Shown piece after piece: positions 50,543 to 62,299 of a stretch of DNA of 64,000 bases. The position numbers were made by a program, and so were the translations under genes. Source of the DNA: Dipteris shenzhenensis (lineage: Eukaryota); NCBI GenBank assembly GCA_047967505.1, contig CM106538.1; one strand, given 5' to 3'. The stretch's first letter is position 1. Each line of letters starts with the position of its first letter. The notes beneath the pieces were generated by a model, which ran no database searches, was not told the DNA's origin, and saw only the letters and a list, made by a program, of their open reading frames with translations.

Positions 50543-52129
50543 ATGTCTGAGAATCTGTCTACCATTGTCAGTGAGAAGCTGGACAAGAACAACTTCCAAG
50601 CATGGAAGTTCAGGATGACAAACTTCTTTATGGGAAAGGGAGTTTGGGATTACATCAGTGGTGAAACTGCAGAACCAGTTTTGGGTGCTGCTCCCACTCC
50701 TGCTGAATTGAAGGCCTTTAAAGAATGGCATGAAAAAGCCAGAAAATGCCTGTATTGGCTGTCCGTTAGCATTTCAGATTCTATGATTGTGCATATACAG
50801 GATCTAGAGACGCCTAAGGAGGCATGGGATACATTGGTGAAGCTGTATAGCACAAATACCAAAGCACGAAAGATGCAGCTAAAGCAGGAGTTGCACAATG
50901 TGCAAAGGAAAAATCTGAATATAAATGAGTATTCCTTGAAGGTGAAAGGCCTTGCAGATTCTCTTGCCTCCATTGGAGCACCTGTTGATGATGAGGACTT
51001 AGTGTCCGTGACCTTGAATGGTCTTGGGAAAGATTATGCACAGTTTCGGACATCCATTGGAGTCCGTGAAACATTTCCTGATTTTCAGGAACTTATTGCT
51101 CTCTTGCTGAGTGAAGAGCAAAGGAATGGTGGTTCAGCCACCTCAGCTTCTCAAGAGACTGCTTTCTACTCAAATACAGGTAGAGGCAGGGGTAGAGGAA
51201 GAGGCCATTTTGGTGGCCGTGCAGGAAATCAGAACCAGCAGCAACAACAGGAAAACCAGTCCTATGGAGGAGGACGTGGTAGTTCTAGAGGCAGGGGGAG
51301 CCAAAGAGGCCGTGGTTCATGGCAAAGGAACCAGCAAGTAAATAGCAGCACAGAATGCTATTATTGTGGAAAGCCTGGACACAAGGAGAATACATGCTAT
51401 AAAAAACAGAATGACATCAAAAGTGGGAAGTTGCAGCAAAGCAACTATGCATCATCAAGTGGGCATGGTGACGACAGAAATGAGCACCTTTTTGTGATGC
51501 AGCATATGGTTAACTCCATGTCAGGAGATGCTGCAGCTTGCAATGATGTTTGGTATGTTGATTCAGGTGCCTCTAATCACATGACCAGTCATGGTGAGTG
51601 GTTTCATGATGTTAGAAATTTGGATAAGCCAGGTTATGTTGAAACAGGTGATGATACTGCGCACCCAATTACGCAGGTTGGTAAAGTGCCATTGGCTATG
51701 CAGGATGGCAAAACAAAGTACTTGGCAGATGTACTTCATGTTCCAAAAATCACTAAGAACCTGGTTTCAGTTGGCCAAATGGTTGAGCAAGGTCTGCAGG
51801 TTAGATTTAATCCTGATGGATGCTTCGTTGAAGACCTGAAAAATAAATGCCGCTTGGTTGCGAAAGGCAACAAAAATGGAAGAATGTTCACCTTGGATGT
51901 TGATATGCCTGAGGTGAAAGCTGCTATGTTTGCGCATGGGAGAGGTGTCATTGCAGATATTGAGATATGGCACAAGCGCATTGGGCATGTGAATATACAA
52001 AGGCTGAAATCTATGCAAACGAAAAACATTGTTGCAGGTTTGCCTAAATTCAGAGTTGAGGGAATGCAAAAGGTATGTGAAGCATGCCAAATGGGTAAGC
52101 AGGCCAGAGCAAAAGACCTTTGGAAGTGA
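50543..52129 (+). CDS. Copia Gag-protease-GAG-pre-integrase ORF, ending prematurely
   Basis: MSENLST...; RGG-rich segment, CYYCGKPGHKENTC knuckle, WYVDSGASNHM, WHKRIGH...CEAC. Confidence 0.93.
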   Translation: MSENLSTIVSEKLDKNNFQAWKFRMTNFFMGKGVWDYISGETAEPVLGAAPTPAELKAFKEWHEKARKCLYWLSVSISDSMIVHIQDLETPKEAWDTLVKLYSTNTKARKMQLKQELHNVQRKNLNINEYSLKVKGLADSLASIGAPVDDEDLVSVTLNGLGKDYAQFRTSIGVRETFPDFQELIALLLSEEQRNGGSATSASQETAFYSNTGRGRGRGRGHFGGRAGNQNQQQQQENQSYGGGRGSSRGRGSQRGRGSWQRNQQVNSSTECYYCGKPGHKENTCYKKQNDIKSGKLQQSNYASSSGHGDDRNEHLFVMQHMVNSMSGDAAACNDVWYVDSGASNHMTSHGEWFHDVRNLDKPGYVETGDDTAHPITQVGKVPLAMQDGKTKYLADVLHVPKITKNLVSVGQMVEQGLQVRFNPDGCFVEDLKNKCRLVAKGNKNGRMFTLDVDMPEVKAAMFAHGRGVIADIEIWHKRIGHVNIQRLKSMQTKNIVAGLPKFRVEGMQKVCEACQMGKQARAKDLWK

Positions 52130-54870
52130 TCCATTCAGATGTTTGGACAACCAAAGCTGCTTCTATTGGTGGATGCCATTATTATGTGACGTTTATTGAT
52201 GACTACACTAGGAAGGTGTGGATTTATTTTATGAAGCACAAAAGTGAAGTGTTCAGCCACTTCAAGGCTTTTAAGGCCATGGTTGAAAAAGAGAAAGGTG
52301 TGCATATTAAAGTGCTAAGATCTGATGGAGGGGGAGAGTACTTTTCAGAAGAATTTTGTGAATATCTGAAAGAACAGGGAATTCAAAGGAAGTACTCATG
52401 CAGGTCTACCCCTCAGCAGAATGGGGTTGCAGAAAGGAAGAACAGGCATATTGCAGAAGTAGGACGGGCGATCCTAAATGAGAAAAACATGCCTGATTAT
52501 TTTTGGGCTGAAGCAGTAGCAACTGCTGTTTATATTATGAACAGAACCCCCACTGCAGCTGTCCATGGCATGACGCCTGAAGAAATGTATACAGGCCAAA
52601 AACCAGATATTTCTCACTTGAAGGTATTTGGTTGCATAGCTTATGTTCATGTTCCTGATGAGAAGAGAACAAAGCTGGATCCAAAGGCAGAAAAATGCAT
52701 CTTTATTGGATATGCTCAGCACCAGAAAGGGTATCGCTGTTATAACCCTTCCACCCGCAAAATACAAGTGAGCAGAGATGTTGTTTTTGATGAAATGAGC
52801 AGCTGGTATGCACCAACTGTTATGGTAGGAGATGCAGATGCAGGAAATGGGAATGCTGCAATAAATGCAGAGCAGCAATCTCAAGCCTTGAGTGGACCCA
52901 GAGAGTCCTCTACTAGTGGATCTAATGCATGGACAGGGAGATTGAGATCTAGTGAATCGTCACATGGCAGCCCTGATAGTGTTGTGCAGGTATCACATAA
53001 GGGAAAAGAAAAAGTGGACCATGCTCCAGTGTTTGATGTGTCTGCTGGTAGCTCTCATGTTGATGGAGAGTCAAGCGGCTCTGAAATGAGCCTTGATGAG
53101 GAACTTGGGATTCCTTCTGTTGTTACACCTGGTGCAAGGAAAAGCAGGCATGATTTAAAGACTCCTGCAACTGATCCAGTTGTACAGAGGTCCACTCGTA
53201 TTAAGTATCCAGTTGACAGGCTGAGATATGATGGGTATACAGCACATCACTATGCTTATATGGTCAAGGTTCTAGAGGAGCCAGAGCCCACATGTTTTGA
53301 GGATGCAGCAGGGCATAAAAATTGGGAAGCAGCTATGGATGAAGAGATGGCTGCCTTGGATGCAAACCACACTTGGGATTTGATGCCTTTGCCTCATGAT
53401 AAGAAGGCTATTGGCTGCAAGTGGGTTTACAAAGTAAAGCACAATGCTGATGGGTCTGTTAGCAGGTACAAGGCAAGATTGGTTGCCAAAGGTTTTGCAC
53501 AGACATATGGAATTGACTATGAGGAAACTTTCAGCCCAGTTGCAAGGATGGCAACCGTGAGAGCAGTAATTGCTATGGCTGCTGCAAAGGGATGGTCTTT
53601 GCATCAGATGGATGTGAAAAATGCCTTCTTGCATGGTGACTTGCAGGAAGAGGTTTATATGATGCAGCCAGAAGGTTATGAGGATAATGCACACCCCGAT
53701 TTTGTATGCAGGTTGCGCAAAGCCTTGTATGGCTTAAAACAGGCGCCGAGGGCATGGTCAGACAAGATAGGGCAATATCTTGTCACTATTGGATTTCAGA
53801 TTTCCAATTTAGATTTTTCACTTTATGTGAAAAGGACAAACAGAGGGATTGTGCTTATAGTCATCTATGTTGATGACTTGATTATTACAGGTGATAGTGA
53901 TGCAGACATTAATGAAGTGAAGCTGCTGTTGAAGCAGAAATTTGAGATGAAGGATTTGGGAGAGCTGCGTTACTTCTTGGGCATTGAGGTTATTAGATCC
54001 CCGAGTGGGATATGGCTGTTGCAAAGGCAATACGGTTTGGACATGCTGTCCAAATATGGGATGACAGGCTGTAAGCCTATTTCTGTTCCATTGGAGCAGA
54101 ATGTGAAGCTCAATGCAGAAACAGGTGAGCTTCTTGAAGATATTACTATGTACAGGCGCATAGTAGGTAGCTTGATTTACATGACTATAACCAGACCAGA
54201 TTTGAGCTATGCTGTGGGGCTGGTGAGTCAGTTTATGCAGGCACCGAGGAAGCCACATTTGGATGCGGCTAGGCGCATACTGCGGTATGTGAAGTCCACA
54301 TTGCATTATGGATTGTTTTATGAAGCTGGCTGTGCATTACAGGTACATGGATACACAGATGCTGACTGGGCTGGTAGTGTCTCAGACAGGAGATCTACTA
54401 GTGGTTTTATGTTTTCCCTTGGGAGTGGTGCCATCAGTTGGAGCAGCAAGAAGCAGCCAACAGTTGCCTTGTCGAGCACAGAGGCTGAGTACAGGGGTGC
54501 AGCAATGGCTGCATGTGAGGTAGCTTGGTTACGGAAGCTACTTGCAGATATGGGACAGTCAGTTCATGCAGCAGTTGTCATTCATTGTGACAACATTAGC
54601 AGCATCATGCTTGCTAATAACCCAGTTTATCATGCTAGAACGAAGCACATTGAGGTGCATTATCACTTTGTGAGAGAGAAGGTTCTAGCTGGTGAGATTG
54701 ATCTTGTCTATGTCAGCACTGAGGAGCAGGTGTCTGATATCTTTACGAAGGCATTGGGTACCGAGAAGCTTCGCAGATTTAGGAGCTTGCTTGGTGTACG
54801 TGAGATGGATTTGAGCTTGAGGGGGAGTGTTGAGATATCAAGCTCTATCCCCGACATATCTCCTGGATGA
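52120..54870 (+). CDS. Copia integrase core-RT-RNaseH ORF (uninterrupted, -1 frame relative to gag)
   Basis: IHSDVW, LRSDGGGEY, YKARLVAKGF, IYVDDL, YTDADWAG and HARTKHIEVHYHFVRE motifs; 916 codons without a stop. Confidence 0.95.
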   Translation: MEVIHSDVWTTKAASIGGCHYYVTFIDDYTRKVWIYFMKHKSEVFSHFKAFKAMVEKEKGVHIKVLRSDGGGEYFSEEFCEYLKEQGIQRKYSCRSTPQQNGVAERKNRHIAEVGRAILNEKNMPDYFWAEAVATAVYIMNRTPTAAVHGMTPEEMYTGQKPDISHLKVFGCIAYVHVPDEKRTKLDPKAEKCIFIGYAQHQKGYRCYNPSTRKIQVSRDVVFDEMSSWYAPTVMVGDADAGNGNAAINAEQQSQALSGPRESSTSGSNAWTGRLRSSESSHGSPDSVVQVSHKGKEKVDHAPVFDVSAGSSHVDGESSGSEMSLDEELGIPSVVTPGARKSRHDLKTPATDPVVQRSTRIKYPVDRLRYDGYTAHHYAYMVKVLEEPEPTCFEDAAGHKNWEAAMDEEMAALDANHTWDLMPLPHDKKAIGCKWVYKVKHNADGSVSRYKARLVAKGFAQTYGIDYEETFSPVARMATVRAVIAMAAAKGWSLHQMDVKNAFLHGDLQEEVYMMQPEGYEDNAHPDFVCRLRKALYGLKQAPRAWSDKIGQYLVTIGFQISNLDFSLYVKRTNRGIVLIVIYVDDLIITGDSDADINEVKLLLKQKFEMKDLGELRYFLGIEVIRSPSGIWLLQRQYGLDMLSKYGMTGCKPISVPLEQNVKLNAETGELLEDITMYRRIVGSLIYMTITRPDLSYAVGLVSQFMQAPRKPHLDAARRILRYVKSTLHYGLFYEAGCALQVHGYTDADWAGSVSDRRSTSGFMFSLGSGAISWSSKKQPTVALSSTEAEYRGAAMAACEVAWLRKLLADMGQSVHAAVVIHCDNISSIMLANNPVYHARTKHIEVHYHFVREKVLAGEIDLVYVSTEEQVSDIFTKALGTEKLRRFRSLLGVREMDLSLRGSVEISSSIPDISPG

Positions 54871-56194
54871 CTATCATTTATGTCACCGCCTATGTTAGTT
54901 GTACTCGTGGTGTAGTTAGACTACCACGTATGTTTTTGGTTTGGGTTCACATATGAACCACGTATTCTAGGTTTTGACATATAGGGTATTTCCCTCTTCT
55001 ATTGTATTGTTGTTGTGTGCAAAAGTGAAGAAAGGCTTCACCCTCCAACCTTGTGTCCTCTCTCTTTTGTGTGTTGTGAAGAAAGCTGAACTTGATTCTC
55101 CTATCTCTCTCTCTTATTCTTTACACAATCTAATCAAGAAGCCCAAACTAAAAGTTTGGTGCAAAGCCACAAACCAAGACCATGCAATAAGGACGAACAA
55201 GAAGCCAAGAAGGCGATAGAAAAAGAAGTCAAAGAGACCATGCCAAAACAACCAGTGTAGGACAACCCAGAAGACAAGATGCTAGAAACCCAAGACAGTG
55301 TACCTCCGGTGGGAAACATGCCCATAGACTCACCACAACAAAAGAGCCCGACACAACAATCACCACATGTACATGAAAATGCAAATAACCATGAACAGAG
55401 CCTCGAGGAGGCCGAATAGTATCAGATTACATTTATGGATTTAGATGAGGAAATTGCCCTACTATAGACATTTCAAATGCAACAAAGAGAATAGTACAAA
55501 GGAATGGAGAAGCTATATTCAGAATGGCAACAACTAAAGGAAGATAATGATATTTTAATTGAACAAAATCAATTTTTAAAATAGGATTTACAATATAAAG
55601 TGGAGGAGTTAAAGTTGCTAACATAGCAACATGACAAAGAAAAAGTTGAGTTGCAACAGGATGCAGAATAGTTAAAACTCAAATGAGTGGAAATCAATAG
55701 ATAGCTGAAGCACTCAGAAAATGGTCAATTCCAATTCAGCACAGATGTTAAGAGAGATGGGTAGTTTAACTAAGGAGCATAGTAAGTTTTCTTCTAAAAA
55801 CTACTGTTGAAAGAGAAACTAGTAGCCCTCACTCCAATTGAAGGCCAGCTGAAGGCCATGCAGGATGAGGAGGAGTTGGAAATTCCAAGAACCTTTATGC
55901 CTCTAGTAGCACTATCTGAAATGTAGGATAAACTCATAGAGCACATGGCTAAATTGTGGTCACAGGTTAGCAACAGACTATTACATCTATAGACACAACC
56001 AGTCCAATACTAGGATGATCTACTCAAAATTTATCCAAATTTTTAATGAATAAAGAAGTTTAAGAATTGAAGAAAGAAATATATACATTGAAGACCAGGA
56101 TGGCTAGAACAAAAGAATCAAAACCAATAGGTCCCTTAGTTCATGAAGCTAAACAACCATAATCAGGGACGAGCGAGCTTGAAGTCTCCTCAGG

Positions 56195-59100
56195 TCAAAT
56201 TTTAGAGAAACTCAAATGTGGTACATAACCCAAATGGCATAAGAGTTTCATCCCATTTTGGCTCATATGGCCCAATCGGTAATGCCATAAAGAAGTGCTT
56301 GGCTGCTCGGTTATTGCAACAACATGATCAAACACCCCTGATACATGTAAGGGATACAAAGTCCCACACTTGGCACCCATGGCCAAAAGCATATAGCCCT
56401 TCTGAATTTTCCAACTCCTAGAACCAAAGATGGTTTGAAAACCAGCATCATCTAGCTGACCCGTTGAAATGAGACTCTTGGTCAGCTTAGGCACATGTCT
56501 CACATTTTTCAAAATAAATGTAGACCCATTTGCAAAAGAAAACTTTATGTCACCTACTCCCACTATGTCACATGCATAAACATTTCCAAGATGCACACAA
56601 CCTGTCTTTCCATTGTCATAAGTGGAGAACCATTCCCTATGGGGAGTAACATGGAATGAAGCACCAGAATCCAAAATCCAATCCTAAGAATATGCATCAT
56701 CTGAAGTGGTAAGCAACTCTATAGATAAACTAGACAGATAAACTAGACATGAAGAGAATGTCATTGTCACTATCATGTGTGACTGCATTGATCTCCTCAA
56801 TCTTCACTTTTCCTTTGTCCTCCCTTGGACTCTCTTCCTTCTGATTTGCATCCCAATTTGCATTATTTTTCTTATCCTTTTGCTCTCTTTTAAGCTTGTA
56901 GCAATCCTTTTTCATGTGGCCCTTCTTGCCACAATAGTGACACTCAATGTTCTGTGCCTTGGACTTGCTACGAGACTTCCCTCTTTCTTGAAACTTCCCC
57001 CTGGACTGTGATCTGTCCCTTTGTACATTTAAGGCTGCATCCTACTTGTTGCCTTCCATTGACTTCCATCTAATCTCCTCAGCCAACAAGCTACTAGCCA
57101 CATCATCAAAGTTCAATACTCCACCAAGTGCAGAGTTATTGATATTAGTACGGAAAGTATCCCACGAGGATGGTAATGAGCATAAGAGAAATATTGCCCT
57201 CATTTCCACATCGAAATTCAGCTTTTGAGCTTGAAGTTGACTGAAAATGATATTAAATTCATTCAAGTGCAAAGCTATGGATACTCCCTCCTTCATGTGC
57301 AGCGCAAACAATCTCTTCATGAGATAGACTTTGTTTGAGGTAGTCTCTTTCTCATATGTAGCACACAGCTTTTTCCATAAAGTTTCTGTAGTCTTTTTAG
57401 TGACTACTGTGAAATAAACTGTCTCCCCAAGATGAAGTCTAATGGTAGACTTTGCCAATGCATCCAACTCATTCCATTCATCCATGGACATAGCTGCATG
57501 CTTAGCTGCAATCCCTTACAAGGGTTTTATCTGCTTCTTTTAAATAAGCACATTCCTTATTTGTTCTTTCCATAAAGAAAAGTTTGTCCCATCAAATTTT
57601 TTAATGCTGCAAAACTCATTTTCAGACATGGAAGAGGATGCCATGATGCAAATAAAGCAAAATCCCAAATGCTATTGCCTGCAAGAGAGAATCACACCAA
57701 ATACCAGGTGCACCCAAATGTGTATGCCACAATAGAGTGAAATATCACCAAAACTCAAAGCTCAAAGCATCAAAAGATATAGCTGATTCATGTGCATGTA
57801 CTATGCATCCATATGAGCAAATCTAGCCCAAAAGAAAATGCAAACTACCATGGCAATCCAAAATGCCAATAAGTGCCAAATGGCTCAAGCATAAACACCG
57901 TCCATGGGCATATGCATCAACAATATCTCATCCAAGAGAGCATAACACTATCAGTGCATCACCTGCAATGTGTCAAATGGCTGTCCCTCAGCATAAAATA
58001 GCATCCATGTGCAAAGTGTCCATAAAAAATAGCATCCCACAAGGCAATTTGGGCCTATCAGCGCATCCAATAAGGATCGCAATGCATCCAAATGGCCTAT
58101 AAATCATCCACTGCAACACAATGCACACCACGAATGAGTGCACATGGCTCAAATTGCAACCAGAGTAATTTGCATAAGGTATGCTCAAGAAATCATGGTC
58201 CCATGACAATGACTACTACTGAAAATAGAACCTGAGATGCCTCAAAACATGGGCACCAATACATAATCAGACTTAGCAAGACAATCTGCAAATATCTCTC
58301 TTCTGCTAGAACTTCAAAATCCCAACCAATGAGTGAGAAATGGGAGTCAACACTTATCCACTGCCATGTGGCATAAATCTAAGCTTTCAAAACCTTAGAA
58401 TGCAAAATGCATAACAGAGAGATGAAATCAAATACACAAAGATCTATAACTCTAAAAATACTCCACCGAATCATGCAAGAACTAATAGATAGGGGTTTTT
58501 AGGCATCCGGAATGGAATGGGATAGACGGTTTTGGAAACCGTGGTTCCAATCACTGGGTCCAACACACAGATTGAAAAACATTTATGGAAACTGAATTGT
58601 TTGTAAACTCAACCGGAGTGCGAATGATGAGCAACTGGAGTCCACTGGAACTGACAGATCTGCAAATGTTTGCTCCAAACTTGAGTTCCAACCCCCGGGC
58701 AAAAAAACGTTAAAATTGACACAGTAAGTTAGAAATCCAACGAAATGATCCCAAATTCAAGAATGAAGGTGTTTCCAAGCTCCTAAAGTGAAATGGATAC
58801 CAAAAGCATGCAATGGTTGCCTCTACAAGTCAATACGAAGTCTTTGTCGTCGAACGGAATAGGCAAAAGCTAAAAAAACGATTTTTTCTTTAAAAACACT
58901 TAATAGGCTCTCAAAACCACTTTGAAAAACCAACGTGACGTTTTCAAAGGTACCTTCAAGGTCTCTGAACACTCGGATGCAAGTAAAGTCACCCACAAAG
59001 CTTCCCATAGAGCTTCTCCTTCTTCCCATAGAGTTGCTGAGCTTCCAAGCATTCATGCACGCTTAGCTAGATCACTCGGGCTCTAATACCAGTTGAGAAT

Positions 59101-59330
59101 GCTCTCAACGGAAGCAGAATGGAAGAGGGAGAGAGAGAAATAGAGAGCCACACAAGTTTTTTGTGGGTGCAAAACACCCTAATCTTCTTTTTCATTAATT
59201 TATATATGTATTTGAGTATTGTATATAACCGGGGTAAAGGCACAGTGACCTTTAACCCCCACATGGCGAGCATGACAAAAATAGTTGCATGTTTAACATG
59301 CACAACAACCCACCTTAGTACCAATCAACA
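56195..59330 (-). mobile_element. 3'-truncated Copia (5' LTR 59094-59330, ~1.4-kb leader, gag, protease)
   Basis: LTR TG...CA; PBS-like TGGTATTAGAGC at 59080-59091; gag FDGTNFSLWK and LLCSLPSSWD; LDSGASFHVTP and LWHYRLGHMS motifs; nothing beyond the pre-integrase region. Confidence 0.88.
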
Positions 59331-61050
59331 CCCATCCTAGAGTACAGGCACCTGGCACTCGCACAAGCACCCCTAGCTTCGAAGCTGAATCTTGTTCCTA
59401 TCTGAATCCAAGTCCCATGATTACTCAAAAATCCAAATCCACGACCTTATCCAAGAGCGCCAAGTCCAGCTCATCCCACAGTTCCAATACAACAACATCA
59501 AGCCGAGGAAGTGGATTCACAATTCGAGTATGAAGCTGAGTACCGAGTGTACTATGTGGAAGGAGCAGAAGGTTTAATACCAGTCTATGTGAATCAAGTT
59601 CGGCCAAACACATATTGAGCACCAATCAAGTGCTACGGTTGTGGAGAGAATCGCTCGATCATAGAGTGCCCTCATCGTGGTAGCCCCGCAACTTTCCAAC
59701 CACTCTATAGGGATTGTGATATTGGTCATGCCTGTATGGATTGTCCCATGAAAAATAAGGTCCCACAACAAAATGAGGCTAAGCCTGACATCGCAATTGG
59801 CATTATTGGGGTAGACCATCAAAGTCTAGGGCTGACAAGCATATTATCACAACCTATGAATGTAATTACCTGCCAGCAAAAAGAGGCCACCAAGGTTCCT
59901 AATATTCCAATTCAATCAAGACGACCTCTTCAAAAGAAAGCACAGATGCCTCTACCTTCACCAAGAAATGGCTCATTCACATCAGCTCCCAAGCCTCAAA
60001 TAAAAGAAGCTCCATATCCTAATGTAGAAGTGGAGAAGGCTCGATTTCAGGCACTTCAACAATGGGTGCAAAAGGAACAAGCTCACTTTGAGGCTAAGAA
60101 GCAAGCGCAAGATCCAATCCCTAACTTGGCCCCATCGAGATTGACACTGCACTTGAGCGCTTGTTCCAGCAACAAAATCCACCACATAATGTACCGCCAT
60201 GCCAACTTGAAGGTGCCGCACTCTCTAGCATTCTAACTTGCCCTGTCTCAATTCCCATTGGAATCCTCTTATAGAATTGTCCTAGTAGATATCTCTGTGC
60301 GGATGGGTGAGAGAGATGACATATGCAACATCACTATGCCTTTGGTCCATAAAGCATATGATGAAGTCCAAGCCATTATGGATGGTGGAGCAGGTGTGAA
60401 TGTCCTATCCAAGGAGCTCTATGATGAATGGGGTCTCCCACTAATGCAAAAGGCTAATTTCAACATATGCCTTGCAGATGATTCACGTGCAAAGCCCTTG
60501 GGAATAGTAAATGGAGTGTCAACAAAAGTCATAGGAGTCTGCTTTTCTCTTCAATTCACAATCTTGGATCTCCCTAAGAAATCCTATCAAATCTTGCTGG
60601 GAAGTCCTTGGTTGCATGAAGCATCAATACTCCATGATTGGGGAACTGATAGACTAACAATCCAAAATCACGACACTACAGTAAGAGTCAATGTGGGGAC
60701 ATAAGCAATAAAACCAATTGTGCCTAGAGCGCATTGGATGAAACCTCTTCCACCACAATCTCAAGCAAATTAGCCTCCCTACAACAACATGCCATAGTGG
60801 GCCATACACAACACAATGTCAATAATTGGATCTAAGCATTGGCAACCATTGAAAACTTCCATTCACTAGATTCTATCTTCTCATCTCACAAATTGATGTT
60901 GAGGTATGCAGGTAAATCCTCTACTCACACATGAAGAACCAATCAATCTAGAGGTGCCATTCTTTATGGTGGATCTTGAATAGAATAGGGAACCTGAAGA
61001 AGCTATCCATTCCCATAAGGACTCATATTTTCCTTGGGACATTGTAATGC
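59331..61050 (+). mobile_element. Degenerate Gypsy gag/protease
   Basis: Two decayed CCHC knuckles (CYGCGENRS, C-DCDIGHACMDC); protease AIMDGGAGVNVL...YQILLGSPWL. Confidence 0.8.
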
Positions 61051-61149
61051 ATTTTGGGTAATCATTTATCTCAGCCCTAGACTTTGGGTAGATCAGTCAG
61101 ACAGCGCTGCCCCCTTAGTGCCCTTCTTTATGCCATTGCTACACATCCT

Positions 61150-62200
61150 TTGCTCCTCTATTTGGACCATCTTACCACCCCACATAATTAATCCTCCATT
61201 TTTCAAATAGTTTTTGTGCAATAATTGTTGTTAGTGGATTGAAGTTTTTGTGTTGGTATCCCCCAATAAAGGTCACATCTCCTGCCATGGAGTGCTGATT
61301 ATGTTCTTGAAGACATACCACATCAGGCTGGTGTTTCATCAAATAACTCCAAAATAACCTCCATTTATTTATGTTGCAGAGGCCTTGAATGTTGTAGGTC
61401 ACACATTTGATTGTTGAAACATGAAGAAATATATAAATGCCTGAAAAATTAGAATTCCCTATGTACAAGTGTCTGAAATGGTAGGGACTAAGCATCAGCC
61501 TGCATGCTATCAAAAGACCCCAAGGCTGCAAATTCAATCTCATCTTCACATACAGGTATGTGTTTCTTGACCATCCCTTCATTGTTAATCCCTTAGGGGA
61601 TGTCAATGGCTGTCCAGGCATTGGGGAAGAGGCATCCTAATGTCGAGATTGCAAAGGTCTAGAACACAAATTTACTATCTTTTTCATTGTTTGCCATTCC
61701 TCATGAACATTTTCAATAATTTTTGCTTTACCACAAGATACAGAACCTGTTGCAATTTCCTGTAGGACGAGGAGGACAAATGACCTGGCCCAATGCTGAA
61801 GCAACCACTGGCAACTGTGCTCACATATAATCAAGGAACTACCACTTCAACCCAAACCAGACAGTGGTGTCGAATGAGACTACTGTAATCATGCATTTGA
61901 CAAGTGTACTTCATAAAACCCTCTGGACACAAAGTATACTCCTTTGTGGAAGGAGCCTTCAAGTAGGGCCTTGACCCATTGTGCCACATCATTGGTAGAA
62001 GGCAATTTTCCAGGGCAAAAAATAACTAAGGATTAGCATGATCTCATGAGGCATTACATATCTTCTTAAAACATGGTCCTTACCCATCTTGTATAGTTGT
62101 CTTGCAATGAGTTGATAGGGTGCAGCTTTTAAAATTAGTTTTCTAGCAGGCTCTTGTGGACTTTGTTTTTCTGAAGTCTCATTATCAAGATTCATCTGTA
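61150..62200 (-). mobile_element. Inverted mosaic of Gypsy integrase fragments and a LINE endonuclease fragment
   Basis: LYKMGKDHVLRRYV and FEKWRINYVG (Gypsy IN-like) flank TYNIQGL...PDVVCLQEH (APE N-terminus). Confidence 0.65.
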
Positions 62201-62299
62201 CATGTGGCTTAAACTTTCAAAACTTCTTACATTTGGAACTATGGGGTAAGTCTTCCACTAGCAAAGTATTCCCAAGTAAGGGTTCATTTGCTATGCATA

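Larger units (their letters stand above)
49666..55125 (+). mobile_element. Very young Copia LTR retrotransposon (5460 bp)
   Basis: 298-bp LTRs 49666-49963 and 54828-55125 (TG...CA) with no difference found by eye; TSD CAATC on both sides; PBS TGGTATCAGAGCC 49964-49976 (tRNA-iMet type); PPT GAGGGGGAG 54819-54827. Confidence 0.98.
45498..56190 (+). mobile_element. Degenerate Gypsy (RT, RNaseH, integrase, then extra 3' region), interrupted by the young Copia
   Basis: CVDYKKL, FLDGFNGYNQI, ALQKFKNYLLG and WGLDFVGPF motifs with many stops; tandem duplication ~47240-47460; sequence continues after the TSD at 55130. Confidence 0.85.

Noticed and set aside
52105-52129. Programmed -1 ribosomal frameshift between gag and pol
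   Set aside because: No canonical slippery heptamer; comparison with the related element shows a deletion of conserved codons.
53272-54306. Antisense ORFs within Copia pol
   Set aside because: Shadow frames of the sense ORF with no independent evidence.
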